Both the position numbers and the translations under genes were made by a program. This document shows, piece by piece, positions 59,501-64,000 of a DNA stretch of 64,000 bases (the first letter of the stretch is position 1; every line of letters begins with the position of its first letter). Origin of the DNA: Cyanophora paradoxa CCMP329 (taxonomy: Eukaryota > Plantae > Glaucophyta); NCBI GenBank assembly GCA_004431415.1, contig QPMI01000610.1, positions 124,001-188,000 on the forward strand, written 5' to 3'. The notes under the pieces were generated by a model that did no database searches, was not told the origin of the DNA, and saw only the letters and a program-made list of their open reading frames with translations.

Positions 59501-60439
59501 CCGCCGCCGCCTCCCGCAAGCGCTCCGCCGCCCTCGCCGCGCTGCGCTCCTCGCGTGTCGGCAGCCGCCCCGCCTCGCCCCCGTCGTCCCCCTCGCCCTC
59601 GGGCCCGGAGGCCGAGGCGCCCGCCTCGGGCCCCGCCTCCGCCCGCTCCCACGGCAGCTCGCAGCGCCACCAGCCGCCCTCCCTCCCCGGCCTCGTCGCC
59701 ACCATGGCCGTCCCCGCCTCCCCCACCCTCGCCCACGCGTACCCCCGCCCCGACCCCGGGGCGCCCCTTTCGGTCCTCTCCCTCCCCCAGACCTCCTCCA
59801 CCCTCTCCCTCCCCTCCCTCGCCGAGGAGCCCGACGGCGTCCAGCCCGGGGGAGCCCTCCCGCAGCCCTCGAGCCTCCCCTCGTCTCCTTCGCCCTCCCC
59901 CTCCCGCCGCCCCGCCGCCCCGCCCCGCCGCCCGCGCGGGCCCAGGCGAGCCTCCTGGGCCCAGGAAGGAGCCCTGGGAGCTCCCGGGGGCGCCGGCGCC
60001 GGCCCCGCCCGACCTCGAGCCGCCGCCGGCGCGCGCGCGCTCCGCCCCGGCGCCGGCGGTGCAGGCGCCGCTGCTGGGGCGGGCCTGGAGGGGTACGCGG
60101 GTCCTCGTGGGACGCCTTCCCGATCACGATCTCGGTGGAGCCGGCCTCGCGGGCGCCGTCGCGCCCCGCCTCCGCCTCCTCGCCCGCTCCCCCTCCGCCG
60201 CCTCCAGCCCGCCTCCTCCTCCACCTCGGGATCCTTGGGCCGGGGCCGGAGGAGGGGGACGAGGTGGAGGGGGAGCTGCGGCGGGCGGCCGCGCGGGAGC
60301 GCGAGGCCGAGGCGCTCGTCGCGCAGGAGACCGCCGCCGCCATCGCCGAGGCCCGCCGCCGCCTCGCCGAGTCCCGCGCCCGCCCCCGCCCCCCGCCCCG
60401 GCGCCCCGCCCCGGGGGACCGGCTTCCGGCCCCCCCTGA
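56540..60439 (+). CDS. Sirtuin (Sir2)-like domain, apparently degenerate, with long low-complexity C-terminus; boundaries uncertain
   Basis: VARVLLRSTRVVVLTG, ALAQLEQLNLVHAVVTQ-SVDGCHLEAGSKHVVEVDGSFMRARCTQC, PRCDSCDGLLRPDV and AVVIEMG match the Sir2 fold and its Zn module. Confidence 0.65.
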
Positions 60440-62898
60440 TGCCTCACATCGCTTTGATTTTCGCGCCCTTTCTCTCTCCTGGCGCCAGCTTCAGAGTTGC
60501 GCCGCACAATTTTGGTTGTCGAAACTTCCCGGTTATTGGGGAAGGGAAAATCACTTCCCCTGTCCCTCTCCTTTGGGCCCAACCCTACCCCAAATCGCGT
60601 TTCCCCGACCTCCTCAAAACCCGGGCCGCGCGGTACACCCTGAAAGCCCATCTCAAGGGGACTCCGAAACCATGTTGCCCGGTCCCGTCCGACCAAAGGG
60701 TGATCCAGGAACAGGCACCAACACCCGGGACAAAAACGGGTCCAGCGACGCACAGGGAGCAGATATACGGGCCAGACCAGTTCGAGGTCGTTGCACGCAT
60801 TATGCTCGACAATCCGTAATCTGAGAGCAAGGCCGGGCGAGAGCGCGGTAGCACAGGAGGACGCCGCGCGCCCTAGCCAATCACATTGGAGAGTCAGTTA
60901 ACTTACCCTGCAGAAAGTCTTTTTACGGACCCCCCTGCCACTTCCTCCCCCCACGCGGTTTGACGCAACAGCCAGCTAGGCCTGCACCTGGCAGCGCTTG
61001 CGCCGTGCAGCTAGCTCGGCTCGGTTCGACACAAGCCAGCCGCACTAGCTTGCGCCCACTAGCCGCACATGACAGTACGTACCCGCGTGCTCGCGCCGGC
61101 GACCGCGACCGAGGTTTGCCCTCGCCAGCTGCAGATGCATATGGCGGAGGAGCTCCAGGCCACAAGGCCAGCAGCGCACCTCCGCGCATATGCGGCATGC
61201 GCAGCACCGTACCAGCGCTAGCTCTAGCTGCGCGACGCCTATAGCTATAGCTATCTGGACAGGCGCCTACCGGTACCTGGCCTTCCTAGGCCTGCACATA
61301 TGCACGGTGCGCTCGTAACTGCGCACCGCCACTTGGTACCGCGCCGGCAAGCGCAGGAGCACACATGTACAATTGCAAGGTTTGCGAGCCATCCCCGGCC
61401 CCCCCGCGCCGCGCCCAACCTCTTCTAGCCTCCTCTTTCGAATTCGAATTCTAGAACTCCCCTCGAAAACAGCTCGCCTGGCGTCGGACGTCTAGCTATA
61501 GCGCTCGCCCGGCCACCGCCTTCAAGGCTTCTGGGGCTCTGCTTTTCTTCCATTTGAATGGACGCAACGATCCTTCAAGTTTGCTCCTTTTCCTGCTCTG
61601 ATCTCTGAACGGACGGGCCCGGGCTGCAGCTGGGAGGCCAGCGCCTGGAGGAGGGCCTCCCCTAGCGCCTGGAGGAGGGCCTCCCTGCCGGCTAGCTCGA
61701 CCCCCCCAGACCCAGATCCACGGCCGCGCCAAGCTCGACCGCCGCCCCGGCCCACCCCGGCCCCCGCCGCCTCGAATTCAGAACCTCCTCCCTCCTCCCG
61801 CCGCCCTCCGACGCCGGGGCGCGCCCCTGCACGCCGCCGGCCCCCGTCGGCCCCGCGCGGCTCGCCCCGCCGGGAGCCCTGGGGCGCCTGATCTCCCTGT
61901 CGGCCCCGACGAGCCCCATGCATGTGGCCCCACGCCGGCCCCGCTGCATCGATATCCGCTGGCGCCGCTCTCCAGTGAGGCGCCGCGGGCGCCGGCCCCC
62001 GCCCCCACCCGCGCCGGCCCTCGCCGGCGTCCCCTCCGCCGACCCAATGCGGGGCGTCGATATCGCAGCGGCGATCGGGCGGCGCTCCTCGGCCCCGACG
62101 CCCATCCTCGCGAGCCCCACCTCCGGCCCCCTCCTCGGCGTGAGTCTCCCTGGGCCTCGAGCCCCCGCTCCGGATCTAGAGCTGCAGGATCCTGGCCTCA
62201 ACCCCTCCCCCCTTGCCCCCCGCCCCGAATCGCCCCGAATTCGAAAGTGAATTTCCCTTCCCCGGACCCCGCAGCGGCGTGCACGAGCACGACCCCTTCC
62301 GAGCGCGCGCCGCAGCGGGCCCTTTTTAATTAGCAACCGGCAGCTGCAGCGACCCGTCTTATGCTTCTTGGCGAGGAGCTGCCTTAGGTATGTCACACTC
62401 CGCAAATCATGTCTTCGAATTCAACAATCAGCAGCTAAATACAGTTAGCTATAGGCTTATACTACCCGGAGTAACGCCGAGCAACGTTAACTCCCGGAGT
62501 CCCACGCGCACGCTGTGCTCTCGAACGCCGCGCGCGCGGAGCTTCCGGCTGACACTGCGGAGGGGGAGCGCGGTCGCCATGCCAAGAATGCCGATGCATA
62601 TGCACGAGGTTTGTATTGTCAACCGGGAGGTTTTCGAGCGCGCTGACTCCTGTCGACGTCGCTGCAGCTGCATGCAGCTGCGTATGCAGAGGGGCCGCTG
62701 CCGCCGGCCGCCGCCGCTGCCTATCGCGCGCGCGCTTTTTCTTCGCAGCTGCAGCGCGACGCATCGTGGTGCTGCATGCGCAGCTGCGCATGCAAGCGAA
62801 ATTTTGCCTCAATTTTTAATTAGCCGCAATTTTTGCGGGGGGGCGTGCACGGGGTACGGCACTGTTTGGTGGTGGGGGTACAGGTCTTCACCGGCAAG

Positions 62899-64000
62899 AT
62901 GAAGCGATCGGCACCGGACGGCGGGCGCGAAGACGGCGTCAAGCGCATTGCGGATCCGGAGGGGGCTGGGCCCAGCGACGCAAGCCCCTCCGCAGCTGCC
63001 GGCGAGTGGTCCCAGATCGCACCCGACGTGCTGGCTGCGGTCCTCGCCCTGCTGCCCGTGCACGAGCGGTGCCGCGCCAGCCGCGTCTGCAGGAGCTGGC
63101 GCGCGGCCGCGCTGCTCACGCAACACACCGCGACACTCAAGATCTGGTGCGGTCGATGTGGACGCGTACGTCGACGCGGCTCTCGCTCATTCGAATCCAA
63201 TCCCTCGCAGGGTCCTGCCTGAGGGCAGCGACCAGGCGACGCTCCCGCTGGCGCAGCGCGTCGTGCCGAGGCAGCGCGTCCCGCCGGGCTCCATCGCCGC
63301 CCAAATCGCCGCCGAAGACGCGAAGGAGGAGCCGACGACGGCGCCGCTCACCGCCGGCGAGGCGGCCGAGGCGCTGCGGGGGCCCATCCCGGCGCTCTCG
63401 ACGGAGCTGGAGCTCTTCTTCGCGGGCGCGGGCGCCTGGCGCGCCGAGGCGCTCGCCGCGGCGCTGCCGCCCGCCCTCCGCCGGCTGCGCGTCGTCGCGA
63501 AGCAGGCGAGCGACGCGACGCGCACGGGCCTCGTGCGCGAGCTGCGCATCGGGGAGCGCCCCTCGCTGCGCGAGCTCGCCGTCAAGGACTGGATCGTGCC
63601 CTCGGGCCCCCACCTCGTGCGACCGGCCCCGCGCGGTTTCACTCGGTTTGGCACTCGAACGCGGGGCCCGCGCAGCCGCTGCGCCACGGGGCGCTGGAGG
63701 TCGTGGGCGGGACGGCGGCGGACCCGACGGCGGCGCCGCTCCTCGAGGCCTTCCCCTCCCTGCGCCGCATCGACGGCCTCTTCGTCATGCGCGGCCGCGA
63801 CGGCGAGGTCAGGCCCCCCGCCGAGCCGCCGGGACGTCGGGCCGCTGAGGCGCGCGGACGGCAGAGCGTGGCGCAGCTGGCGGCGCTGGCCCGGGCCGGC
63901 GTCCGCTGCAACCGCCTCGACGTCCGCGGTGTGCCCGCCCCGCCGGCCATGCCGTTGGGGGCGCCCCCGCCGCGCCTCACCTGAGCGCCGCGCCGCGGCT
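62899..64000 (+). CDS. F-box-domain protein, 5' part (runs off the window)
   Basis: WSQIAPDVLAAVLALLPVHERCRASRVCRSWRAAA fits the F-box consensus; Leu-rich exons follow. Confidence 0.7.

Noticed and set aside
60440-62890. Gene or element in this interval
   Set aside because: No coherent exon chain, terminal repeats or domain motifs could be supported; only a short GCGCCTGGAGGAGGGCCTCCC duplication at about 61641-61685.

Overview
This is GC-rich eukaryotic nuclear DNA with many 45-120 nt spliceosomal introns (GT and frequent GC donors, CTGAC/CTGAG branch sites, CCCCG-rich), so most long ORFs in the six-frame track are artefacts. The intron style and an MAF-type transit peptide suggest a glaucophyte such as Cyanophora (inference). 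About 14 spliced genes can be reconstructed: DUF4062-NACHT NTPase, RI-like LRR protein, membrane-anchored septin, RNA Pol I subunit RPA2, MOCOS-like PLP enzyme, beta-helix/RING protein, kelch protein, DUF836 glutaredoxin-like protein, CHY/RING (RCHY1-like), CorA, sAC/ADCY10-like STAND cyclase, ankyrin-repeat polycystin-type channel, degenerate sirtuin and a partial F-box gene. There is also a recent 5.45 kb gag-only LTR element with identical 300-bp LTRs and a CGGAC target-site duplication. The main highlight is a 1.3 kb RPA2 intron holding a tandem array of ten box C/D guide-RNA (snoRNA-like) units. Their D-box guide is complementary to the conserved 18S rRNA sequence AAGGAAGGCAGCA (yeast A420 site), and they carry variant D' guides. 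Gene boundaries are hand-spliced and approximate.
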